Position numbers and translations under genes: made by a program | Notes under the pieces: model-generated | Told to the model about the DNA's origin: nothing | Seen by the model: the letters and a program-made list of their open reading frames with translations, nothing else | The model's database searches: none | Assembly: GCA_010093995.1 (NCBI GenBank) | Contig: ML992509.1 | Span: 604,178-668,177 of the forward strand | Direction of reading: 5' to 3' | DNA from: Elsinoe ampelina | Lineage: Eukaryota | Length of the DNA stretch: 64,000 bases | Shown: positions 1-12,429 of the stretch, in pieces | Position numbering within the stretch: the stretch's first letter is position 1 | Layout: each line of letters begins with the position of its first letter

Positions 1-365
1 GCAGTCCCATCGTCCGTCAATCAGACGTCCAACTTGCGCCCGAATCAGCGCACGATCGCAATATCGACATGGCGCCTACGCCTCGCACCTGGAACGGTCC
101 TATACGTCCTCCACAATCTGACACTTCAGGCTACGCTCAGCCGCCGCCCGGGTCCGCTCAAGCCATGTTTGCCCAGAGCAGGCAGCAAGCTCTTGACGCA
201 GCTCGCACCTCCAATGCGGCCGATGGAATGGGCTACTACTATCAGCCATACCCTATCTCCACCGACATGTTTCAGAGCACCGACCTGGAGTCCCTCCTCG
301 CCTCGATGGACCCCAATCAATTCTTCCCTGGTACCATGAACAATTTTGAGCCCCCTGAAACCTGA
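1..365 (+). CDS. 3' end of a gene running in from the left edge; C-terminus resembles a fungal transcription-factor activation tail
   Basis: Frame is open from position 3 to TGA at 363-365. It ends ...STDMFQSTDLESLLASMDPNQFFPGTMNNFEPPET. The function is inferred from composition only. Confidence 0.55.
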   Translation, partial: SPIVRQSDVQLAPESAHDRNIDMAPTPRTWNGPIRPPQSDTSGYAQPPPGSAQAMFAQSRQQALDAARTSNAADGMGYYYQPYPISTDMFQSTDLESLLASMDPNQFFPGTMNNFEPPET

Positions 366-522
366 GATCGCTTTGAGCGCCCGCGCAGAACAACAGCATC
401 CCTGCTCGGGCTTTCTCAGGTCTACAGCAGTTACCAGGCCCTGCCGTCGGCAATGTAACAAATTCGATTCTTGACCGCGGCATGTCGAGAGAACGACTAT
501 ACACCGACACCAGCCGTCGAGC

Positions 523-1355
523 TCACCAGAAGACATCCTGATCTAGCTCGCGCTCGCCAGAACGTCCTCCGCGATGAGTCTGCACTCGCTTGGCTGGGCG
601 TTCCTCGGTCAATCGTCGTGTAAGAGTGCTAGGTCCGGAACTAGGAGTACTGCCACTATAGCCGCCACTAGGCATCTCCGGCTCCGGCATCCTCTCGATC
701 GAGTCCCTTCTTCGTTTGTCAACGTCATCGACAGATCCGAAGGCAGCACGTGGCAAGATACCACCACTATGCGACCTCGAAGGACGACGAATGCCTTGCC
801 GAACGACACTTCCGGACTTGGCATGCCACCAGCGGCGAATGTCCTCTGGCGTGTCCAGAGGATAGTCACTCCAGTATCTCGGGTCCGGACGCTCGAAAGT
901 GATACCCCCAGCTTGGCCCTGATTCATGACAGAGGAACCATACACGACAGAGGTGACTTGGGCATCGTCCAGTAGCGCAAGAGCGCGGATAAGCAATTCT
1001 TCGGTTCTTATGAGTCTGCTTTCCAGCATTTCAGCGTATCCCTTCAGCGGACCCCTAGCACACAGTCAGCGTTTCTGTCCCTGTAGCCAACAGACTATAG
1101 CGTCTTACCTCTTCTGCTGCTGCGGCCACTCGCACTTTCTCCTCGTCGCTTGACATTGCTGGCACTGCGGCTTGACGCCATTACACTGCGATGTTAAGCA
1201 ACTGTATATATCTTAATGTGAATACTTGATGCTACCTTTTGCTTCCTCGAACGACACGCCAAACACGCCAAAGGTATCCTTGTCGCGGGTTTTGCATTAG
1301 TCGACGACTCCGCCGGGCTCTGCGACGTCGGCGATGCTTGGCTCTCGGCCTGCAT
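523..1355 (-). CDS. Small Zn(II)2Cys6 binuclear-cluster transcription factor, 3 exons
   Basis: Exons ~1355-1236, 1185-1109 and 1054-523, joined at GT-AG introns, give MQAESQ...IPLACLACRSRKQK|CNGVKPQCQQCQATRRKCEWPQQQKR|GPLKGYAEMLESRL, a canonical C6 zinc cluster followed by a coiled coil. Confidence 0.9.
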
Positions 1356-1918
1356 TGCTGGAGATGTATCGACTGTCTCTCTATCCTGCGTCCGGGGCCT
1401 CTAATCTGCACTCAGTGTATTGTGCTTGAATGGCCGGATGGATGCGCCAGAACCTTGAGGCGACTTCTGTCGAGGTTCGGGCACGGGCGGAGTGCTGGAG
1501 AAATTGAGGTTGAACCCCGCTTTTCCCCAGACGGCGCTAGTGGAGCTGGTGGTGGCAAGTCGTGCCAGATGTAGAGAAATGAGCCACAGACTTCTTGCCA
1601 CGCCGTTGGTCAATCAAGCTCGCCGGCTGGTTGGCGCATGATTTTCGGCCCGCTGTGGCTCAGGCTTCGTGGGGATCAGATCCTCCTTCCGACAGCCAGC
1701 CATGCCGAGACACGGTTAATTATTTAGCCCCAGCGTTGGTCCGAAAATGCTTGGATCGGCTCTGCTGCAGACATCGTTATTCGATTCTAGAGTTCTGCGG
1801 AGCAAAGCTGCATTTACGTGACCGCATCCAGGGACCGAGGCGGCCGATCACGCCTCAAAGGTAAAGACAACCGGCAATGAAAACGAAGGCCAGAAGCATG
1901 TTTCTTCACCCCCTCTCG

Positions 1919-1930
1919 GTTATATATATA
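1919..1930 (+). promoter_or_regulatory. TATA-like element of the tartrate dehydrogenase gene
   Basis: TTATATATATA about 135 bp upstream of ATG 2060, followed by a C/A-rich leader. Confidence 0.5.
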
Positions 1931-2059
1931 CAAGTACCATTCCACACATCATCTTTTCCTAACTAAAACATAAAATAAACTAGCAGCAACCCATTTGACA
2001 CCACCATCATCCATCCACCAAGCACAACAACCAATAACCCCCCGCCCCCACCACCCACC

Positions 2060-3223
2060 ATGTCCCCCGCCCTCTCCACCCCCCCAAACTACAGCATAGC
2101 CTGCATGCCCGGCGACGGCATCGGCACCGAAGTCATCTCCGCGGGCGTGGCGGTCCTCAAAGCCATCGCCTCCACCAGCGGGAACTTCACCCTCTCCTTC
2201 ACGGACTTCGACTGGTCGTCGGAGACCTACAAACGCACAGGCGCCTACATCCCCGAAGGCGGCCTGGACGAGCTGCGCAAACACGACGCCATCCTCTTCG
2301 GCGCGGTCGGCGCCCCCGACGTACCGGACCACATCTCCCTCTGGGGACTGCGACTAGCGATCTGCCAACCGCTGCAGCAGTACGCCAACGTGCGGCCCAC
2401 GCGCGTGTTCCGCGGCACGCAGTCGCCGCTGCGCAACTGCAAGGACGGCGACCTCGACTGGGTCATCATCCGCGAGAACTCGGAGGGCGAGTACGCGGGC
2501 CAAGGGGGCAGGTCGCACAGGGGTCAAGCGTGGGAGACGGCGACCGAGGTGAGTATTTTCTCGCGCCACGGGACGGAGAGGATTTTCCGGTTCGCGTTCG
2601 AGACGGCGAGGGCGAGGCCGCGCAAGACGTTGACGATCGTCACCAAGAGTAATGCCCAGCGCAATGGCATGGTCATGTGGGATGAGGTCGGGGCTATGGT
2701 GGGCAAGGAGTTCCCTGATGTGAAGGTGGATAAGATGTTGGTTGATGCTATGACGGTTAGGATGGTGAATCATCCCGAGAGTTTGGACACGATTGTCGCG
2801 ACGAATTTGGTGAGTTGTTAACACGTCACAAGGGTCTTGATCGAGGATGGTACTGATGACTGGCAGCATGCGGATATCTTGTCGGATTTGGCGGCCGCGT
2901 TGGCCGGGTCGATCGGCATCGCACCGACGTCGAATTTGGATCCGTCGAGGAAGAACCCTTCCATGTTTGAGCCGATTCATGGTTCTGCGTTTGATATTGC
3001 GGGCAAGGGCGTGGCCAACCCGGTGGGCACGTTCTGGACTGCTTCGGAGATGTTGAAGTGGTTGGGCGAGGAGACTGCCGCGAATGAGCTGCTCGATGCG
3101 GTCGAGAGCGTGTGCGAGGCTGGCGTTGTCACGGGTGATTTGGGTGGCAAGGCTACTACGCAGCAAGTAACGGATGCGGTGTGCAAGGCGATACAGGAGA
3201 GGGCGAGCAAGTTGAAGCAGTAG
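2060..3223 (+). CDS. Tartrate dehydrogenase/decarboxylase (D-malate dehydrogenase; isocitrate/isopropylmalate dehydrogenase family)
   Basis: Motifs MPGDGIGTEV, PDHISLWGL, YANVRP, IRENSEGEY, TKSNAQ, EPIHGSAFDI. An intron ~2810-2867 (GTGAGT...CAG) joins ATNL|HADILSDLAAALAGSIG. Confidence 0.93.
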
Positions 3224-3521
3224 GAGGGATATCAAAGTTGTAGTGTTGCATATATACTTACGAATCTAATGTCCGGGTCTCATCACAATTAGTTCACTGC
3301 TTCGTGGTTGGAGATGCACATTCTTCCCGCACGAAGTTGACAGTGAGATTGGGAACTTGACTAGCAAGTTTCTGAAAGTTGACGCAGAATACTGCACACG
3401 CCGACACTCAAGCAGATCTGGGAGTCACGATTGCCCGCAAGACACAGAACATCAGCGATACCGAAAAGGATAATCCATTCATTAATCATCACCCCTCCCT
3501 CCCCCCCCTCCATCCCCATCC

Positions 3522-5109
3522 CTAAGCCTTCACAATCCAGCCACTCCAACACCAAAAATCAAACAACCTCCCGGCCTTTGTCGTATCAATCCTCACCACA
3601 TCCCTCACGGCCTTCTTCTTCAACCCGCCCCCCGTCTTCAGCGCCTCCCTCATCACCGCATCCTTCATCACGATGTACGCTTTCGGCTGGATCTTCAGCC
3701 CCTTACACACCTCCTGCTCGTTCTTCGTCAGCAGGTGGAAGTCCGGGTTGTCGGCTGTGATTTCCGGCCCGCGGTTCTTCTCCAATGGCACGAGTTCGAA
3801 TTTGGGCTCTGCTTGCGCGGCGAGCTGGTCTGCGGGGAGAGGGTGTGGGGAGGTGCCATTGACTTTGGTGGTGGGTGGTTTGGGTGAGGTGGACAAGAAG
3901 GGGGATTTGATGGGGAGGTCGGGCGCGAGGAGTAGCGTGGCGGCGCTCTGGGGTTCTTGGGCTTGGCTGGGTCGAGGCCGGCCAGAGATGGCGAAACGGT
4001 CCATGCCTGTGGTGGTGGCGATGCGGGCGAGGCGGGCGGCTTTGTCTGCTTCGTAGCGCTCGCCGGCTTTGAGGTCGGTGATTTGCATCTTGCGCCATTC
4101 TTGGAGCTGGGCGATGGCGCCGCGTAGGTTGTGTTCGTATTCGATGCCACCGGCGAAGAGGTCAAAGTCTTTTTGACCCATCATACGGGCGAACGGTTTC
4201 AATTTGTTGGAGAGATCTCGTTCGTCTTTTGTGCGTTTCTTGTCCAGTGCGGTGTTCTTCCGATACTCTAGTAGGTTGTGTTCGAAAATGATCTTTTTCC
4301 GTTCAAGGCGCATGGTCAGGCGGTGGTTGTAGATATCCATAACCGTCATCTTGAGTTCCATCTCGGGCTCCATCTCGCCTGTCTTTGGATTGATGCCGTC
4401 GCCCGGCTCGAACTGCATGTGCTGTACCGCCTCCTCTGCTTCGTTCCAATGTTCCGTCTCAAACTCTCTCCGACCAGGCATGTATCCCTGTACCTCGTGA
4501 CAACTCGGCACACTGCTTGTCGGCTTCTGCTTCGGATCCATAGGCGGCGCATTCTTCGCCGCATCCTTCCTCTCCTCTATCCTTCTCTTTTTCCTAGCCT
4601 GGAACTCATCCCTCGGCACGCGCTCCGATAGCTCTGTATCATGCGGACTCGCCCTCTCCGGCAGGGGAAACTTGCTGCTATTCACGAATGTCGAGATGTA
4701 ATGATCCCGGACCTCGTCTTTGTATCGGTACCCGCCGATGTGATCTGCAATATCCGCCCATGACCCTAGCCCATACGTCTCTGCGCCCTCGAGCAGAAGC
4801 AGTTCTTCGTCAGCGCCCCAGTCCTCCACGAAGATGGGGATTGAATGCTGCTCAATGACCTGGTAGGCGTGTGTCGCAGGGTCGTGTTTGCCGCTCGTTT
4901 TGCCTTCGGAGAAACATGGAACACATAGGTCGTAGTCGTTACAGGCGTCGTCAGCGCAACGAATGCGAACCTAGGAAGGTCAGTACCGGGGAGAGTGCGG
5001 CGCGGGAGTAGCTTACAGTCGCTGTTATATCGGCGGAGCAGATGTCGCATATGTATTTGATCCCGCCTTCGGTCGTGCGGACCGCGGTCTTTTTCTTGAT
5101 TAGACCCAT
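3522..5109 (-). CDS. ADA2: Transcriptional adapter 2 (SAGA/ADA subunit)
   Basis: ZZ finger ([18 protein letters not shown]...DYDLCVPCF), SANT domain ([29 protein letters not shown]), [10 protein letters not shown] and a C-terminal SWIRM domain. Intron 4971-5016. Confidence 0.95.
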
Positions 5110-5815
5110 GTTCCGTGTTCAGCGCGCCATCAACGAGAGGTGAGGAGGGTCGAGAGACCGACTACGCGGCCAGGTCCTGAGGGGCTCAGCCGCACAGCTA
5201 GGCGCACAGATCCGCTGTTAGTATTTCAGAGATGTCGTTGCAGGCCATTCGCCTCTCCAAGATGGCTTTTCGATGATCCAGAACTTGTAAAGCGTACTGT
5301 TTGATGAAACTCACCCGAGGAGTCAGCGCGAGAACGTGTGGAGTTGATGCCAAGACCATCTGGGGGAGGCAGAAAAGTGGGGCCAGCATCTGACAATGAG
5401 CTTCACTTCGGAGCATGAGGCGACACATGCCAACAGCTGTGGTAGTCTGGATACTTATAGAACTATCAGTAATCGTGCATAGCATCGGGCTCAACAATAG
5501 TGCACCAGTGGGCATCACAGCACGAGCATTAAGATTGTATAGAGTAGCTCCATTGGACTATTAAATCAGCCGTTACTACCAGGAAAAGTTAGGAGAGTGT
5601 AAAGCAAGGAAACCCATATCACTAGCAGCCTTGTTTCTTGCTGCTCAAGCAAAGCGGCGTACCGCTGTTGCTCTCAGTGTACCGAAAACTTCTCGAACTG
5701 CTCTCAGCAATCTGATCCAAAGTGGCTCTTTCTGCTTGTCGTCTTTCTAAATCTTACACACCTACTGCTTCGCGCGGTCCATACCTTCTCAAGTCAAGTG
5801 GCGGCAGTGGGAAAC

Positions 5816-8800
5816 CTAGAGGCTGGCGACGGTTTCATCATCGCTGGCATCCAGAATGTCGTACTCCTCATCAGTCAAGAATCCATCATCCTCGCTCATG
5901 CTGTCGACGGCGCTGAGGATCTCGATCTCCGAGGAAATGTCCTCGAACACCTCATCCGCGTCCTCCTCGGGCTGGCTCTCGTCGACTGTGGTAGAGATCT
6001 CGCTAGGCGCGACAGAAGGCTTCTCGGCAGAAGTGATGGATCCAGTCTCCTCGTCCTCAACAGTGGCGGCCTTGCCCTTGGAAATGGTGGATTGATGGAT
6101 AGAGCTGGCGGGACTCTCCTTGTCGAGGGTGGGGAACACCATCTGACTCTCCGACATCTGCTCCTCTTGCTTCGTGACCTCATTCTTGGGCTCCTCGGCC
6201 TTGGCTGCCTCAGGCTTGGAGACTTCGACTTTGGGGTCGGCGGTCTTCTGAGAAGCCATCTCCTGACCGGCGAGGTTCATCTCTTGGACCTTGCGCTGGA
6301 AGTACGCCTGGCGGGCAGCAGCATGTTCACTGAGCCTACGACTAAGAGCCTGCTCGCGCTCAGACATGGCACGTGACTGAAGCTCCTTCAGGTTTGCAAA
6401 TCGGGCAGCCTGGTCTCGCAACTCCTGCTGACGAGCTGTGAATTCACGGATGCGCTCAGCGTTACGGGTAGCCTGTTGCTGGGCACGGAGGACTCTGCAG
6501 CGGACCTCGGTGTTGCGGGCCTCAACAGTGGCGGCGACCGGTGTAGTCTCTGCTGGCATCCTGATGTTGATATCGCACCAAAGACGGTGACCGAAAGGCA
6601 TGCCTTCGGCGGTCTTGAGGCGCCAGTAGCTGATGGCCTTGCCAGATCGCTTTGGAGCTTTGAGGACAACCTTGAAGGCTACCTCCTCGCCGGGCTTGAC
6701 CTCGCGGCCAATGACGTTGCTCTCAGTGGCCTCGGCCATGGCAGTAGCGGAGCAAGGGTCGACATGACCGACGTTCAGCATGTTATCACCACCGACGAAG
6801 CGGACACTGCAGCCAGCTGGCCAGGCCTTGGTACCAGTGTTGCGCATGGTCCAGACCTGAGTGAAGCGGGTATCGCTACGGACAACGATTCCATCGGGAA
6901 TAGTATCGTTGACGAAACTTGCCTGAAGATCCTCAGCAGCAAGGGCGGCCTTCTTGATGTCCTCGACCTTGGCGACTTCGATAGGAGTTGGCAGTGCCGG
7001 AGTGGGTTCGATGTGCGCCACAGTCTTGACCGAGCTGGCGGAGCTGGCAGGAAAGACGGGCTTCGAGACAGGGACGACGTGCTTGGGGACAATTGGAGTC
7101 TGCTTCATCTCCTTGCGAACGTCATCCATGGTGGTAATCTCCAAGCTGCGGATTGGTGTGTTGATCTTGAGCATGGGGTGGCTCTTGTCGTGAGGGTTGT
7201 TGGGAGAGGCCTCGCAGCTCGCGCAGTAGTCTCTGTCATGGCACACAGCGCACTTGTATCGAACGCCTTGAAGGTAGCACTGGCGAGGATTGGAGGAGCA
7301 GGCGGGTCCATCGCAGTAGATACCACCGTGTGTCACGATAGGCTTGTTGACGGCCTCGATTGGCTCGTAAAGGGCAGCGAAGCGATGACCGGCGTGAGTC
7401 AAGTGGGCAGAGCGGCGGCAGTCGTTGCAGTAGTCGAAGTCGGGGCATTCGAAACACTTGTGACGAACACCAGTGATGGGCTGTCAAGTTGTCAGCATAC
7501 TATCGGAAGGTGACAATATGAAACATACCTTATCACAACCGTCGCACAGAGCAGCATGCCGCACACTACAGCCAGGTGCAGCGAGGCTCTGCTGTGATGG
7601 ACTCAACATGCGGCTGGGGACAGCAGCAGCGAAAGCGTGGGCGGGATGGTGACCGTGCTTGTTCTTGCTGTGGCACTTGAAGCACAAGTCGTAGTCCTCG
7701 CAGTCCTTGCAGGTGACGAACATGTGTTCATCCAAGACTGTTGGTACGTTAGCGATGTGGAGGTGGGCAGGCCTGGTCGGCTTACCATCGACGCAGCAGT
7801 TGCAGGTGCGAGTGGGCGAGATGGACTCTTCCTTTAAAGTCTTGGTCTCGTCGGTAAAGGCACCAGGAATAGGAGCCATAGGGGCAAACGACGTGTATGA
7901 AGTACGTTCGACCGGCTGCTTGACCTCGGGCGCAATCGAGACGCTGTTCATGAGAGCGCTGAGTGCAGGAATCTCGCGAGCATGGCTTGGCTTTGTTGCC
8001 GTTGGCACAGCAGGCTTGCTCTTGTTCTTGGGGGGCAGGCGCTCAGTTGTGCTGCTGATCATCTGACCATCCTTGATGAAGCGCTTGACAAGCCAGTGAC
8101 CCTGTCCGGGGCACAGCTTGCCATCGTCGACGCAGTTCTGGCAAAGATCGTAGTCACCTCCGTCGCAGACACTGCAGTGGAAGTGCTCATTGTGCATGAT
8201 TGCGTCGCAGTTGTTGCAGTAGACGGACCATGTTGGGTTCATAAGTGGCACGGCTGAAGACTTGGGGCGGATCGACAGCTTCTCGTTCATGACTGGACAG
8301 ACCGCTAGTGGAAGTCAGTGGGGAGCTTATAGGATCGCAATGCGCATCTCGACTTACCTGTCTTGGGCATGGTGAATGGGCGTGGCAGTGGGGCCTCACC
8401 CATACGGGCAGCGTGGAAGTCCCTAACCTTCTGTTGCTGACTGGAGCGGATGTCCTTGAATTCAAAGATACCAGCTCCGACGTTCTTGCGCTCGGAAGCC
8501 GGGCCAGCGGCGACAATTGTGGGCACGACAGGCGCACCAATCTTCTGGACTGCAGGAGCTGGCATCTCTGTATCCATACCCTCTACAGTGGCTCTAAGTC
8601 TCAACTTGAGTTTAGCCTTGGCTGCTCTGACAAGAGTCTTGTAAACGGCGGAATTGGCGGGGTCAAGGGTGATGTAGCCACCGGCAGAGTCGGAAAAGCG
8701 CTCGTAAGTGACCTTTTTATTCGTAGGCAGGTTGAGGAGGGCTGTGAGCTAGAAATGTATTAGTAGTTGACTTGTGAAAGTGCCTGAGAGAGCTGCCGAT

Positions 8801-8959
8801 GGCGGACACCTCAGGTACGGTGAAAGGCGGACTCACCTTGGCAGGCAGGACCTCGGCAGTGAGGTCTTTGAGTGGCAGCTTGAGCTTCTTGACAGTCTCA
8901 CCGTAGGAGATCTTGATGGTGATGGGTGTTTCGCCCGTGACTGGGACTTGTGTGGCCAT
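5816..8959 (-). CDS. NBR1-like autophagy receptor: PB1-like N-terminus, four ZZ zinc fingers, FW/NBR1 domain, acidic C-terminus
   Basis: Multi-exon. ZZ motifs CNNC..CSVC..YDLC, CNCC..CKDC..YDLC, CDGC..CFEC..DYC and CDGPAC..CAVC..DYC. FW domain ASFVNDTIPDG...FTQVWTMRNTG..WP...SYWRL....FGHRLWCDI. Ends ...DEEYDILDASD. Confidence 0.9.
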
Positions 8960-9821
8960 GTTGGAGCTTGTGTAGCTATGACCTTGTGATAAGTGGTGAA
9001 GGTGAGATAGCGATCACGACGTCACGGCAAGCGTTTGCCGACGGTTGGAGTAGCGACGGAGTTTGAAAGGCAGCCGACGCCGTATAGATTCGACAGCTGA
9101 GCCTCTTCACAGCCGTCAACTTGTGTAATGAGATGAAAGAGACGAGGATGTTGGGGAAGAGATGAGGCAAGAGAGGAAGCTCAGGCAAAGAGGTGTGGAA
9201 GAGAGGGGTTGCCTTCCATTTAGTAAAGGCGCTGGCTGGCGAGGGCGCAACGACGGGAGAACGAGAGACGCTCGGCGCGGATCTTGGGAGCACAGACCTC
9301 TGATTGGCTAGCGACGGGAGTATGACTATGACTACTGCAGATGGCGAGTTTGCGCATGTGCTGGAGCCTGGCTTTCACTTTCGATGGGCCATGGCTGATC
9401 CAGCATGTTCCATGAGATGCACAAGAAGATGCCACATATACCGCTGCTGGAGTGCTGAGGTTTGATGGGTGGCATTCATGCATCCTCGATCTACATGCCT
9501 CATCACCTCATGTAAAACAAGACGAGCAGCGTATATGCATGCAAGTGCCGGCACTCTCGAATTGCACTGTAGCAGTGACTTTCTTACTTATTTTGATTTC
9601 AAAGTCTGTACTACCAGAGGTAACTCGTTCCAACAGATCCACAAACTGTTACAAGTGCAACTAGTGGATGAGCATAAAAGCTGCATGGCTACTATCCGAG
9701 CGAAGGGTTAAGACCATGTATACGCGGTGAAGTCTGTATGACCAACTCAATCACGACCACCTCTTATTCAAAGCTACCGCCGCCCACCGAACAAAACGCC
9801 GCTGCGGAACTCGTGAATGCA

Positions 9822-11899
9822 TTATTGGCCTTGTGGGTAGTAGACAGGTCCGGAATTTTGGGTATAGTAATTCCATCCGCCGCTTTCGGGGCTCGGTGTC
9901 ATCATACCACCCATGCCAGGAACGGTATAGCTTGGAGGCTGCAGGTAACCTTGTTGCCCAGTGTAGCCCACTTGAGGATAGTTCTGCATCTGCGAAGGAT
10001 CCATGTAGTACACCATACCGTTGCTCTCCACTTGTGTAAGCATGCCTTGTTGTCCCGTGGCATGGTCTTGCTGCTCAGCCTGTGGCTGAGGTGCCGCAGA
10101 GTGTGGTGCCTGAGGTACAAAGACCGGTACTTGTGGGGAATAGTAATAGCCCGGCTGCGCTTGGTACTGGCCGTAGAAAGGTTGTGGATATCCTGAAGGC
10201 GGCGGCTGGAATGGCTGCGCATGGATGGCTCGTTCAGGGATGTGGGAGAGAGGGGTACCTTGCGGCTGATATGGGTAGTAAGGGGGAGGTGGACCTTCGG
10301 GAAGCGCAGACGAGCCGAAGCTGCTCTCCGCTACGTGATGAGGAAGCTGATTCTCGAATGGCTGCTGCTCTTGTTGCATTGGAGCGTGCATCGATAGAGC
10401 AGCAGGGGAGTCGATACCACTAACCGAGATAGCCTTTTGAGGTTTTGGTTGATGCATCATAGCCGCATCCCGGTAATGCTCGATCTGAGGTGTTTGTGGT
10501 AGCGGGAATGCATGTGGGATCTGCGGTACCACAGATCCAGACGGAGAAATGACACTTGGTGGCCCAGACAAACCTTGCGGTAGTCTGACCACAGGTCGTC
10601 CCATCTGTGGAGGAGGCATCCTGGCACTGATAGATCCCGCTGGTGAAAACATGTGCTCGCGAGCGACATCGCGAGCAATGGATGACCGTCTGCTCATGGC
10701 GGCAATACTGGGGCTGTAGATACTGCCTCCATAAGCACTTGTCCGACGACTGGATGGACCGTAGCCACTCCGAGCACGACCGTAGCCTTGTTGATTGGGT
10801 CGCATTGCTCGAGGAATAAAAATGAAAGAACGATCTTGCGAAGGAAAAATGTAGCGAGGAGGCTGATCTGGTAAAGATATTCGTACTGGCTTGTCTCGTC
10901 GGAGAGGTGGTCGATGATCGGGTAGTCGTGTATACTGCTTCACTGGCACACCGGTGAAAGGAACAGGGGCTTTCATGCCTGGCAGCGACACTTTGGTCTG
11001 CACCTTTCCGAGAAGTTTGCTGGTGGAGAAGCTGACGGGTCGGTAGTCATTGATCGGCAAGGCTCGAGCGGCTGCTGCTGGATTGTGCTGGAAATTAGGC
11101 AGTCTCCCGGCAGGACCTGGTCGACACGGAAGTCGATTATCTGGCTGATTGACTGAGTCGTGCAGATCATGCGTCCATGGAGATTCTGCAACCCTGGGTT
11201 CCTGTCCAAAACTGTGATCTCGTCAGCCAGCATTCAAAGAAGCGCAGCTTCAACGTACCCTTGAGGAGCGAATGGACCACCAGCAAATCCCCTGCCGCGG
11301 CCCCTTCCTCGACCCGGCGGCCCAAACCCGCGTTGATCAGGACCACGAGGATCGTGCATGAAGAAATTGCCTCTGCTCGGTATGAACGTCGGATCCGCTT
11401 CCCGCTTTTGCTTGTAGTCGTCCTGCCCTCCCCGTCGTCTGTCCGGAAGCGCCTCTGCCTTTGGCCGGGTTTGCAATTCGTCCTGCGTGCCGAGGTCTTC
11501 GAAGGAGACAGGCGCCTCACCAGTGGCGGCCGAAGGGGTGTTGACGCCGTTCATCATGATCTGTGTGTCCGTACTGGCCGAGAAAGTCTGTCCCGTGGCA
11601 GTGGTTGAGGTAGCATGCTTCTTCGGGGACGAATCGGCAGATTTGGAGAGCGGCTTGGTAGTCGGCGCCAGCGAATGTGACCCATTCGCGAGTGGAGGCG
11701 AGGTTTGCTGATCGCGCTTGCTCGTGCTTACTCCAGGGTCACTTGCATTGCTCGCATCTGCCACATCATCCTCTGCCCCCGTGATCACCGAGACCTCACT
11801 CTGGGCATCCATGTCCCCATCCAATGACTCCTCATCCTCTTCATCCCCGATTCTTCTCCTCCTACTAAGAAGACTCCTCGATTGCTGGCCTGCAGCCAT
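9822..11899 (-). CDS. CASC3/Barentsz (Btz) eIF4AIII-binding-domain protein
   Basis: YKQKREADPTFIPSRGNFFMHD followed by RGRG matches the Btz domain. Intron ~11212-11258. Long Pro/Gln-rich C-terminal exon containing HRPPLRRDKPVRISLP. Confidence 0.8.
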
Positions 11900-12429
11900 G
11901 ATGATCGCCTGTTGCAGCCGAAGTTGCTCTGCCAGTCGCAAAGCAAGCTATCGGCACTTGATGCCCGGTCCGAGAGGGAGGTATGGTTGGCAGGCGATCT
12001 GTTTGGCGGTCGATCAGGTCACCATCACGTTCAATGCGATGCCCGAGCCATTCGCATTGAGGTATGAGAGGCGCCAGTCGCAGTTTGAGAGTCCTGAGGC
12101 GATGGCCGGCAAAGAGCAGGTTCTGTTGGAAGCTCCGAAGCGTCCCCAAATTCTTCGTCACAATCCACAAATCGAGCCAAGAAACTGGAAACGATGCGAT
12201 TGGTTGATGGATGCTGTACTTTAGCACTCCACCAGACATCGCCTCTTATTCTCCGTGTATCTAGCTTAGTCGATGTATAGCTAGTCATTTTTATCCATTC
12301 TACCATCATGTTTGCGGCTCGTGGTAGGTTGGGTGAAGTGTACAATTTGGTCTGTCCCGAGCGTGCCATGCAATGTTCAGTCACGAGGTGGATTAATTGT
12401 ATGTGGTGAGTTGGCATTGCTGCGCTCTA

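Noticed and set aside
6476..7513. Long antisense ORFs (also 2354-3235, 19876-20739, 52918-53880, 54505-55179)
   Set aside because: Shadows of GC-rich, codon-biased genes on the opposite strand with no recognisable motifs.
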